Assembly (NCBI GenBank): GCA_002418685.1
Contig: DIEP01000018.1
Span: 1 to 41,050 of the forward strand
DNA: 41,050 bases
From: Ignavibacteria bacterium UBA5771
GTDB taxonomy: Bacteria > Bacteroidota > Ignavibacteria > Kapaibacteriales > UBA2268
Direction of reading: 5' to 3'
Made by a program: the position numbers and the translations under genes. Shown here one piece after another: positions 10,633 through 18,826 of this stretch. Positions within the stretch are counted from its first letter, which is position 1. Every line of letters starts with the position of its first letter. The notes beneath the pieces were generated by a model. That model had not been told where the DNA came from. It saw nothing but the letters and a program-made list of their open reading frames with translations, and did no database searches.

Positions 10633-10725
10633 CAGTTCGAGCGAAGCAAGAAATCCAGAGCATATTGATATATATATGATTTCTGGATTCCTCGCTACGT
10701 TCGGAATGACTGATTTTGGACTTTT
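10633..10725. repeat. Imperfect ~80-bp palindrome made of two inverted copies of a short intergenic repeat (GGATTCC-N11-GGAATGAC variant) plus a shared tail TGATTTTGGACTTTT
   Basis: The reverse complement of 10633-10660 (CTCTGGATTTCTTGCTTCGCTCGAACTG) matches 10681-10712 (TTCTGGATTCCTCGCTACGTTCGGAATGACTG) at about two-thirds of positions. The spacer is AT-rich. The tail also occurs at 22941-22963 and 36159-36173. Confidence 0.55.
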
Positions 10726-10773
10726 AAGATAACTCCCCGCAGATAGTGAATCTGCTGGTTTGAGTGATATATT

Positions 10774-12438
10774 TTATAGCCCTAAATCGTTGATATTCAA
10801 ACGAACTGGACCTGCTTGGACGATTTCTTTTGGAACACCTGCTTCAAACATCTTGAAATTCTCCATATATCGCGCAGCAAGCGAATCATATTTGTCCCAA
10901 TATTCTTTCTTATTGCCCCAAGCATTTGAAGGTTCGAGCACATCAGTCGGTACTTCGGGACATTCCAGAGGAACTTCAAATCCGAATACTTTGTCTTTTC
11001 GATATTTCACATTATCAAGTTTGCCTTCCAATGCTGCATTGAGAAGATTACGCGTATGTCTAATAGATATACGCTTTCCAACACCGAATTTGCCGCCAAC
11101 CCATCCAGTATTAACAAGCCAGACAGTAGCGTTTGCACGTTGTGTTCGCTCTTTCAGTAAATTTGCATAAAAATATGGATGATGGACCATAAATGGTGCA
11201 CCAAAGCAAGCGCTAAACGTCAATTCGGGTTCGATTCCCAATCCAATTTCGGTGCCTGCAATTTTTGAAGTATAGCCGCTAATAAAATGGTACATTGCTT
11301 GATTTAAGCTTAATCTTGCAATCGGGGGCATTACGCCTGTTGCGTCAGCAGTAAGAAAAATAATATTTTTGGGTTGCGAGTTCACCATTTTTTCGGGAAC
11401 TGCATTATTAATAAAGCTCAGAGGATATGATGCACGTGTATTTTCAGTCACGCTATCGTCGTCAAGATCAAGTTTGCGAGAAGGCAAATCATAGACTACA
11501 TTTTCGAGAATTGCACCAAAACGATGGATAGCAGACCATATTTCGGGTTCATTCTCTGAAGATAATCTGATGACTTTTGCATAGCAACCGTTTTCATAAT
11601 TAAAGACACCTTCATCACTCCAAGCATGCTCATCATCACCAATTAAATGACGCTTGGGATCTGCTGAAAGAGTGGTTTTACCTGTGCCACTTAATCCAAA
11701 AAATAATGCTACATCTCCGTCATGCCCAACATTTGCGCTACAATGCATCGACATCACACTTTGCAATGGCATCAGATAATTCATAAGTGTAAATATTGTT
11801 TTTTTAATTTCTCCTGCATACATTGACCCTGATACAATTGCTATTTTTTGTGCCAAATTTATTACAATTGCAGTGTCGCTCAATGTTCCATCAATTCGGG
11901 GATCACAGTTAAAGTCGGGAATTGCAATTAAAGTGAATTCGGGAACGAAATACTTATATTCATCGCGTGTTTTTGGTGGAATGAACATATTTCTTGCAAA
12001 AAAGCTTTGCCATGCAGAATTAGTAATTATACGAATTGGTAAGCGATAATTTGGATCGGCTCCTGCATAGCAATCTTGAACGAATAATTCTTCGCCTTGG
12101 CAATAAGCAAGCAATCGAGTAAGCAAACCATCAAATTTTTCGGGTGCCATAGGGCGATTATATTGTCCCCACCATATTCTACCTTCGGAAGTCGGTTCCT
12201 TCACTATGTATTTATCATTGGCTGCACGAGCAGTCCATTTGCCTGTCCATACTTGCAAAGCACCACTATCCAGAATATGTCCTTCATTTCTGAAAACTGC
12301 TTCTTCGTAAAGTGCTTCAGTTGGTAAATTCCAAAATACTGTATCAAGCTTGCGGAATCCGTGATTTGCCAATCCATAATCACTTTTGAATTCTGTGGCT
12401 TGTTTTTTTGCAGGTGTGTCAAATTCTAAATATTTCAT
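10774..12438 (-). CDS. pckA: Phosphoenolpyruvate carboxykinase (ATP)
   Basis: Kinase-1a motif GLSGTGKTTLS and full-length PckA-like sequence. The ATG at 12438 overlaps the upstream stop as ATGA (the ORF track starts at a TTG, 12444). Confidence 0.95.
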   Translation of the reverse strand: MKYLEFDTPAKKQATEFKSDYGLANHGFRKLDTVFWNLPTEALYEEAVFRNEGHILDSGALQVWTGKWTARAANDKYIVKEPTSEGRIWWGQYNRPMAPEKFDGLLTRLLAYCQGEELFVQDCYAGADPNYRLPIRIITNSAWQSFFARNMFIPPKTRDEYKYFVPEFTLIAIPDFNCDPRIDGTLSDTAIVINLAQKIAIVSGSMYAGEIKKTIFTLMNYLMPLQSVMSMHCSANVGHDGDVALFFGLSGTGKTTLSADPKRHLIGDDEHAWSDEGVFNYENGCYAKVIRLSSENEPEIWSAIHRFGAILENVVYDLPSRKLDLDDDSVTENTRASYPLSFINNAVPEKMVNSQPKNIIFLTADATGVMPPIARLSLNQAMYHFISGYTSKIAGTEIGLGIEPELTFSACFGAPFMVHHPYFYANLLKERTQRANATVWLVNTGWVGGKFGVGKRISIRHTRNLLNAALEGKLDNVKYRKDKVFGFEVPLECPEVPTDVLEPSNAWGNKKEYWDKYDSLAARYMENFKMFEAGVPKEIVQAGPVRLNINDLGL

Positions 12439-13652
12439 AACCAATCCCTCACTAATTTTCTTTGTCCAATATAAAGTTCATTTGGAGAATCGGGATCCAA
12501 TGCCCATTTGATTCGTTCAGTGCCTTCAGTAATATCTTTGATAGAACCGCAAGTGGAAAGCCGTAGATATCCTTCCAATCCAAAATCGACACCAGGAACA
12601 GTCGCAACTCTCACCTTATCAAGCAAGAAATTTGCAAGCTTCCGTGAATCTTTTTCATAATAACTAAAATCAACAAAAACATAAAATGCACCTTGTGGCT
12701 TAGTAGCACGAATTCCCTTGAAGGCATTCAGTCTTTCCATCATAACATTGCGGCTATTTTGCAAAGTTACTCGCAAAGATTCCACTTGTGATTGCACACC
12801 ATTAAGAGCTCCCACCGCTGCTTTTTGCATCACAACTGATGGACCTGATGTTTGATGACCTTGCAAAATTCTCATTACTTCTTGCAATTTGCGATTAACA
12901 ACTGCCCAACCAATTCGGAAGCCCGTCATTGCATATTGCTTTGATACGCCGTTGATAACAATGACTTTGGATGTTTCTGTCATCTCTTTTGCATAATCAT
13001 AAACATTCACCCATTCTGAATCATCAAATACAAGCCGATGATAAATATCGTCCATAATCAAATAGATACCTTTCTCTTGGCAAAATTCGACAATATCTTT
13101 GATAAACTGACGAGAATAAACAGCACCTGTCGGATTATTTGGTGAATTTATAATGACTGCTTTTGTGTAAGATGTATATCGCCTCTCTATGTCTTCGATT
13201 CGCGGTTGGAATGATCCATCCTCAGGCAATACGGGAACAGGAATCCCATTGCACATTTTAACCATTTCAGAATAACTTACCCAATAAGGTGCAGGAAAAA
13301 TCACTTCTTCTTGAGGATTCAAAATAGCTTGAAGTGCAACCATAATGGCTTGCTTTGCCCCGCTTGATGCGATAACATTTTCGGGTGCAACTTTTATTTT
13401 ATAATAATCTTCTGTATAACGGATAATTGCTTGCTTTAAATCGGGAGTCCCATCAGCAGGGGTATAACGCACTTCACCCGAATTAATCACCGACGTCGCA
13501 GCAAGTATTGCACTTATTGGCGCTTTACTTTTGGGTTCCCCACCTCCGAGGTGAATGATAGGTTCGCCTTTTTCCCGTAAAATTGCTGCTTTTTCATTAA
13601 TCATTAAAGTCGCCGATTCTTTAATGTCTCTGGCTATTAAACTGATACTCAT
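12435..13652 (-). CDS. Class I pyridoxal-phosphate aminotransferase (aspartate aminotransferase-like)
   Basis: NSPNNPTGAVY and the PLP-lysine block SKQYAMTGFRIGW. ~400 aa. Confidence 0.85.
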   Translation of the reverse strand: MSISLIARDIKESATLMINEKAAILREKGEPIIHLGGGEPKSKAPISAILAATSVINSGEVRYTPADGTPDLKQAIIRYTEDYYKIKVAPENVIASSGAKQAIMVALQAILNPQEEVIFPAPYWVSYSEMVKMCNGIPVPVLPEDGSFQPRIEDIERRYTSYTKAVIINSPNNPTGAVYSRQFIKDIVEFCQEKGIYLIMDDIYHRLVFDDSEWVNVYDYAKEMTETSKVIVINGVSKQYAMTGFRIGWAVVNRKLQEVMRILQGHQTSGPSVVMQKAAVGALNGVQSQVESLRVTLQNSRNVMMERLNAFKGIRATKPQGAFYVFVDFSYYEKDSRKLANFLLDKVRVATVPGVDFGLEGYLRLSTCGSIKDITEGTERIKWALDPDSPNELYIGQRKLVRDWL

Positions 13653-13843
13653 TTTTAACTCACTTTCTTATTAATTACAAAATGAAAAAAAACAAAATTG
13701 CGAAAAATTTTTTGAATAATAGTAATGTTTAGTAAATAAAGAGATTTATTTAACGAAGTAAATAATTTATATAGTGAACCCTAAAAACAAGAATTAAATA
13801 TTAACTTCGTTTAATAATGTTATTTATTTAAATTTTCTGTGGG

Positions 13844-14524
13844 ATGAACTTTAAGAACGTAATAATTGTTTATACAGATGGAGCCTGTTCGGGCAATCCT
13901 GGACCTGGTGGATATGCTTGGATTATTCAGAATAATGGCAAGGAATACGAATTTGTCGATATAGCCGAAAATACAACAAATAATAGAATGGAACTCTCTG
14001 CTGTTGCTTCTTCCCTCAATTTTATAATTACGAAAGCTCAGGAATTAAAATTCAAAGGAAAACCCAAAGTGGAAATAAATACTGATTCAAAATATATAAT
14101 TGACGCAATCGAAAAAGGTTGGCTCAATTCATGGGCAAAAAATAATTGGATAAAGAAAGATAAAGAACCTGTAAAAAATCCCGATTTATGGGTGGATATT
14201 TATAATAGTCTGCAGAAAGTGAATGCTAAATTTGATTGGGTGGAAGGGCATAAGGGCAATGAAAGGAATGAGCGATGCGACACTCTCGCACGATTGGCTT
14301 CGCTTGGAAAAATTGAGCCCCATTTATATGAAAATGATATTAAAAATGAATCGAGCATTGAAGACGGTATTCAAGTTAGTCAATCCAACTTATTTAAATT
14401 CGTTTATAATAAAGATAAATCTGTTGAGATTTTTCAAAATAGCAACTCAATCATAATTAATAAAGATAATTTTGCCGATTTTATAAAACAGTTCGCAGAT
14501 ACGATCATAAAATTGAATAGTTAG
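13844..14524 (+). CDS. rnhA: Ribonuclease HI with an uncharacterised ~70-aa C-terminal extension
   Basis: YTDGACSGNPGPGGYAW, NRMELSAV, TDSKYIIDAI, WVEGHKGNERNERCDTLAR (DEDD catalytic blocks) in the first ~155 aa. The remainder has no recognisable motif. Confidence 0.85.
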   Translation: MNFKNVIIVYTDGACSGNPGPGGYAWIIQNNGKEYEFVDIAENTTNNRMELSAVASSLNFIITKAQELKFKGKPKVEINTDSKYIIDAIEKGWLNSWAKNNWIKKDKEPVKNPDLWVDIYNSLQKVNAKFDWVEGHKGNERNERCDTLARLASLGKIEPHLYENDIKNESSIEDGIQVSQSNLFKFVYNKDKSVEIFQNSNSIIINKDNFADFIKQFADTIIKLNS

Positions 14525-14525
14525 T

Positions 14526-15269
14526 ATGATTAAAAAGAAATTATTACTTGCATTATTCTTTATCCCATTTATTGCATTATCCTTTCAAGGATCAACTGTA
14601 ACTTTAATTCAAGGATTCATATACGACGAATCGGGAAACCCCGTCGGCGCTGATATAAAGTTCATAAATTCAGTTGGCAAGAAAATAATGCTCAAATCCA
14701 ATTCAAAGGATGGTAGCTTCCAACAACCTTTTGTTCAGGGTGAAAAATATTTTCCAATTTTCAAGGGGTATGTTCTTGCTAATGGCTTTGAATCCTTTGA
14801 AGTTATTAAAACCGGTAAATATGAAGAAATAACGAGGAATTTCACTGTCAAGCGTATTCAATCCAATCTCAATATTATGTCTGAGGCATTCTTCAAGGAT
14901 GGTGATTCTATTTTATCAGCAGATGCAAAAGAATATTTAAGAGTATTCAAAGAATTTTATAATTATAATAAAAACCTTACATTCCGTGCTGTAATTTCAG
15001 CACCAGACAAGGCTTTCAAGCCAACTTCTCGAAAGGTTCAGGTTAAGGTAAAGAATAAAACAAGAACAAAAACAATTAAGATATCCTCCAAAGATTTAGA
15101 ATCTGATTTTATTCAGTCGAGAATTAACCAATTAACAAAAGCATTGAAGGAACTTGAAATACCTTTAAGCACTTTTAATTTCGAGAAAAAGATAAAAACA
15201 AATCCCTCGAAGACAGCCGTCAATAATAATAATCTTGAAATTTATATTGACCAAATCAAAAATTTATAA
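14526..15269 (+). CDS. Hypothetical secreted protein (possible CarboxypepD_reg-like N-terminus)
   Basis: Signal-peptide-like MIKKKLLLALFFIPFIALSF. GFIYDESGNPVGADIKF resembles carboxypeptidase-regulatory-like beta-sandwich starts. The ATG lies 1 nt after the rnhA stop. Confidence 0.45.
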   Translation: MIKKKLLLALFFIPFIALSFQGSTVTLIQGFIYDESGNPVGADIKFINSVGKKIMLKSNSKDGSFQQPFVQGEKYFPIFKGYVLANGFESFEVIKTGKYEEITRNFTVKRIQSNLNIMSEAFFKDGDSILSADAKEYLRVFKEFYNYNKNLTFRAVISAPDKAFKPTSRKVQVKVKNKTRTKTIKISSKDLESDFIQSRINQLTKALKELEIPLSTFNFEKKIKTNPSKTAVNNNNLEIYIDQIKNL

Positions 15270-15331
15270 AATAACAAAAATTCGTTTTTTTCGTCATTTT
15301 TTTATAAAGTGTTCTAAAAATTCATTCAACG

Positions 15332-15412
15332 GTCATTGCAAAGAATTTTAGTCCCGATGCAATCTAAAGGAGTATGTGAGATTGCTTCACTCGAATATGA
15401 ATTCGCAATGAC
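15332..15412. repeat. Two inverted 34-nt copies of the intergenic repeat AGATTGC-N19-GCAATGAC
   Basis: 15332-15365 is GTCATTGC-N19-GCAATCT (reverse orientation). 15379-15412 is AGATTGC-N19-GCAATGAC. The spacer is 13 nt. Related copies lie at 36125-36158, 22865/22956 and 10685-10710. Confidence 0.65.
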
Positions 15413-15467
15413 TAACCTAATTATTAGAACTCTTCTTAATATTTTGTTTAATAAAATAAATATAAAA

Positions 15468-15800
15468 ATGGCTTCACCAATTCATGTAACAGATGATAAT
15501 TTCCAATCAGAAGTGCTCGAATCATCCACTCCCGTTATTGTTGATTTTTGGGCAACCTGGTGCGCACCGTGTAGGAAAATTGCCCCAATTATGGATGATT
15601 TCGCAAATGAATATAATGGAAAATTAAAAGTTTGCAAACTCGATGTTGATAATAACCAGAAAGTCGCAATGAATTATGGAATACGTTCGATACCAACAGT
15701 AATGATTTTTCAGAATGGACAACCAGTTGATACTATCGTTGGGGCAGTCCCAAAGGATTTCTTAATTGAACGCGTTTCGAAATATATCTCTTCAAATTAA
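15468..15800 (+). CDS. trxA: Thioredoxin
   Basis: VIVDFWATWCAPCRKIAP active site (WCAPC), 110 aa from the ATG at 15468. The longer track ORF (from 15336) only adds translation of the upstream repeat element. Confidence 0.9.
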   Translation: MASPIHVTDDNFQSEVLESSTPVIVDFWATWCAPCRKIAPIMDDFANEYNGKLKVCKLDVDNNQKVAMNYGIRSIPTVMIFQNGQPVDTIVGAVPKDFLIERVSKYISSN

Positions 15801-16099
15801 TGGCAAGACCCGAGTTATTACCCGAAGAGGAGATTGAAATCCAATTGGAAGATTTGCCTCTTTGGAATAGAGAAGGCAAGGTGATTGTTCGCAATTACGT
15901 CGCATTAAATTTCGTTGCTGCAATTGGATTAATCAATTCAATTGCAATTTTTGCAGAAGCAATGGATCACCATCCTGATATATTATTATACGGGTGGAAC
16001 AAATTGCGCATTATGCTTACAACCCACGATAAAGATGGGCTGACTGAATTCGACTTTGCTCTTGCAAAAAAAATAGAAAGCATTCTACCAAAATTATAA
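15800..16099 (+). CDS. phhB: Pterin-4-alpha-carbinolamine dehydratase (PCD/DCoH)
   Basis: Size (99 aa) and the signature AMDHHPDILLYGWNKLRIMLTTHD. The start overlaps the trxA stop (TAATG). Confidence 0.85.
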   Translation: MARPELLPEEEIEIQLEDLPLWNREGKVIVRNYVALNFVAAIGLINSIAIFAEAMDHHPDILLYGWNKLRIMLTTHDKDGLTEFDFALAKKIESILPKL

Positions 16100-16295
16100 T
16101 TTATGCTTTGATTGTTTCGTATTCAAAGAATTTTTCATAATTTTGTATTTCTAATTTAGAGCAGTTCTTAAAATTTATAGAATATCATTCATTGGAAACT
16201 GAGAAAGAATAGTAATTTCAAGGAATAAAATGACGAAAAGTTATAAATAATGAGTATGTTTTAAAATATTGCTTTAGATTGATAATCAAAATTAT

Positions 16296-16368
16296 TGCCT
16301 CGTGGTGTAATTGGCAACACATCTGACTCTGGATCAGAAAAGTCTAGGTTCGAACCCTGGCGAGGCAG
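16296..16368 (+). tRNA. tRNA-Gln (anticodon CUG)
   Basis: 73-nt cloverleaf: TGCCTCG TG GTGT AATTGGCA ACAC A TCTGA CTCTGGA TCAGA AAAGT CTAGG TTCGAAC CCTGG CGAGGCA G. U1-A72 pair as in bacterial tRNA-Gln. No encoded CCA. Confidence 0.9.
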
Positions 16369-16392
16369 CAAATCCCCAAAAAACAAATCGTT

Positions 16393-17491
16393 ATGTTTGA
16401 ACCCTTAAAAGATAGATTAAAAGACCTCAACGACAGACTCGCTTCTTTGCGGAGGTTTCTTTGAAATCGATGAAAAACTGATTTCAATTGAAGAAAATGA
16501 AAAATTAATACATTCGGAAGATTTCTGGTCTCGCCCCGACGACGCAAAAAAAATACTCCAAGACATTTCGCAAGCCAAAGATTGGATAGATATTTGGCAA
16601 AATGCTCATAATAAATATGAAGATGCCGAAGCCCTAATAAATCTTGCCGAAGAAGCCGAAGATGAAACCTTGCAAATTGATATTGAAAAGGAACTCAATG
16701 CTCTTGAAGCAATTATAAGCGACCTTGAAATTAAAAATTTGCTTTCCGATAAAGATGATGATAAAGTTGCTCTGCTCACAATTCATTCCGGAGCAGGTGG
16801 AACAGAAGCCCAAGATTGGTCGGAAATGCTACTGCGAATGTACACTCGATGGGCAGAGAGGCACAATTTCAAAGTATTTTTGCTCGACGAATTAGAAGGC
16901 GATGGTGCGGGCATAAAATCTGCTACAATCGAAATTCAGGGGAAATTTGCTTATGGTTTGCTAAAAGGAGAAACTGGCGTTCATAGGCTTGTCCGCATAT
17001 CTCCTTTTGATGCAAATGCCCGCAGGCACACGTCTTTTGCTTCTGTTTATGTTTATCCCGAAGTTGAGGATGATGTTGCAATCGAAATTAACCCTGACGA
17101 TATTGAAATGGATACTTTCCGTTCAGGTGGAAAGGGGGGGCAAAATGTTAATAAAGTTGAAACCGCTGTTCGACTCAGGCATATCCCTTCGGGGATTGTT
17201 GTGTCCTGCCAAGAAGAGCGATCTCAATTCCAAAACCGCGAGCGTGCAATGAAAATGCTTAAATCTCAGCTTTATCAAAGACGGAAAGAAGAGGAAGAAG
17301 CACGCATCGCTGAAATTGAAGGAAAAAAAATGAAAATCGAATGGGGCAGCCAAATCCGCTCTTACGTTTTCCAACCCTACACAATGGTCAATGATCACCG
17401 CACTGAAATGAAAAAAACAGATGTCCTTGCAGTTATGGATGGTGATATTGATGATTTTATTAATGCGTTTCTACTCTGGAAGGGAAAGTAA
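16393..17491 (+). CDS. prfB: Peptide chain release factor 2, expressed via programmed +1 frameshift: join(16393..16461,16463..17491)
   Basis: Frame 0 gives [23 protein letters not shown], then in-frame TGA. Skipping T16462 continues [15 protein letters not shown]...DFW and joins the 273-aa track ORF carrying SPF (RISPFD) and GGQ ([10 protein letters not shown]). Total 365 aa. Confidence 0.93.
16451..16465 (+). promoter_or_regulatory. prfB autoregulatory +1 frameshift site (internal SD-like GGAGG, 3-nt spacer, CTT TGA A)
   Basis: Sequence GGAGGTTTCTTTGAA. Same architecture as the E. coli prfB site (AGGGGGTATCTTTGAC). Confidence 0.9.
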
Positions 17492-18814
17492 ATACTCGTT
17501 TATTTTATTCGATACTTCTTGCGAAATTTCCGAATCAAGTGCAATTGCATAAATTTCCTTCTGGATTTGTGCCATAGTAAACTCATACCTTGAAAAGAAT
17601 TCCGAATTATCAGATACGAATTTCAGAAAACTAATTGGATTAATATTCAAAATATAAATAATCGATTGCCCTTCGTTTATTAATGTTTTGGGTATCGAAA
17701 AATGTCCAAGATGCAAATCTGTCCAAAATGATATATTATTATTACTCACAAGCAGAAGCTTGATATTCTCAGGATTATGAGTAAATAATTTAAAATTCCT
17801 GAAAAATTCGGGATATACTTCCTCGTTCGATAGAGATATTTTGCTCGTGTGAATTCCATTATAACTCATTTGCGAAAGTCCATCAAGAATGTTCATCATT
17901 GGAATCGAAGATGTATGCTCATTTTGTAGAATTGTAGAATTCCCATCAGGATTGAAAATCGATTTATAATAAATGTGAATATTATTTTTCTCGCATATCT
18001 GGAGCATTTTTGTATAAAATAACTTGTTGCCATACGAAGCCGATAGATTTGCATCCGCAAATGAAATGTAAGGAATAAACCGCGCATTTCCCACTAAATT
18101 AGGATCGGCAACGTGAATTCCCTCCACATTTGTCCAAATAATTATTTCCTTCGCATTCATAGAATATGCAAGCAAAACAGCAGTGAGATTGGAACTTTCA
18201 AAACCCATCGTCGTTGTTTCGTGATTTTCATTACTGCCAATAAATCCTTGGGTCAGGATAATTGATGTATTTTCAAATAGAGGAATGAGTTTCTCATTTA
18301 TATTCCGCTGAATTTTTTCCAAATTGGGATTTGCATCATTAAAATTATCATCTGTTGTGATGATTTCTCGTGCATCTATCTCTGAAAAATGGATTGAATT
18401 TGCTGCTAAATAATTCGCAAAAATGAACAATGAAATCTCCTCTCCATAAACCAGCACATTATCGAGGGTTCGGGGTGTAAGTTCTTCGAGCACTTCTATG
18501 CTTGTAAAGTATTGCCTTAGGCTATCGATTTTATTAATCATAAATTCATTGAAATTATTGATTACATCTTTCGATAAATTAAGCTTACAAATTAAATCAT
18601 TATGGAATTTTTCTATTTCATCAAGATCCCGTTCCCATTCTTCTCTATTATGCAACTCGGCTGAAAATGCCGCTGATTGCAGTAAACGAGTTGTCTTGCC
18701 AAGTGCTGAAATTACAATGACTGTCCTATTAGTAGAATTATTTAAAATATTGAGGAAATTTATAAATGGTTTAGCATCAGTGAAATGCGAACCGCCAAAT
18801 TTCTGAATTATCAT
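17471..18814 (-). CDS. Aspartokinase-fold paralogue with degenerate catalytic motifs
   Basis: Collinear with the canonical copy ([27 protein letters not shown]). But GRGGSD reads GFESSN, DVDG reads NVEG and FGAKVIHP reads YGNKLFYT. Confidence 0.7.
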   Translation of the reverse strand: MIIQKFGGSHFTDAKPFINFLNILNNSTNRTVIVISALGKTTRLLQSAAFSAELHNREEWERDLDEIEKFHNDLICKLNLSKDVINNFNEFMINKIDSLRQYFTSIEVLEELTPRTLDNVLVYGEEISLFIFANYLAANSIHFSEIDAREIITTDDNFNDANPNLEKIQRNINEKLIPLFENTSIILTQGFIGSNENHETTTMGFESSNLTAVLLAYSMNAKEIIIWTNVEGIHVADPNLVGNARFIPYISFADANLSASYGNKLFYTKMLQICEKNNIHIYYKSIFNPDGNSTILQNEHTSSIPMMNILDGLSQMSYNGIHTSKISLSNEEVYPEFFRNFKLFTHNPENIKLLLVSNNNISFWTDLHLGHFSIPKTLINEGQSIIYILNINPISFLKFVSDNSEFFSRYEFTMAQIQKEIYAIALDSEISQEVSNKINEYLLSLPE

Positions 18815-18826
18815 ATTATGGATTCC

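Noticed and set aside
15336-15467. N-terminal extension of thioredoxin proposed by the ORF track (MQRILVPMQSKGVCEIASLEYEFAMT...).
   Set aside because: It is a translation of the inverted intergenic repeat pair. A normal-length thioredoxin begins at the ATG at 15468.
16344-16547. 67-aa minus-strand ORF.
   Set aside because: It overlaps the 3' end of tRNA-Gln and the prfB frame-0 leader and frameshift site, so it is an antisense shadow ORF.
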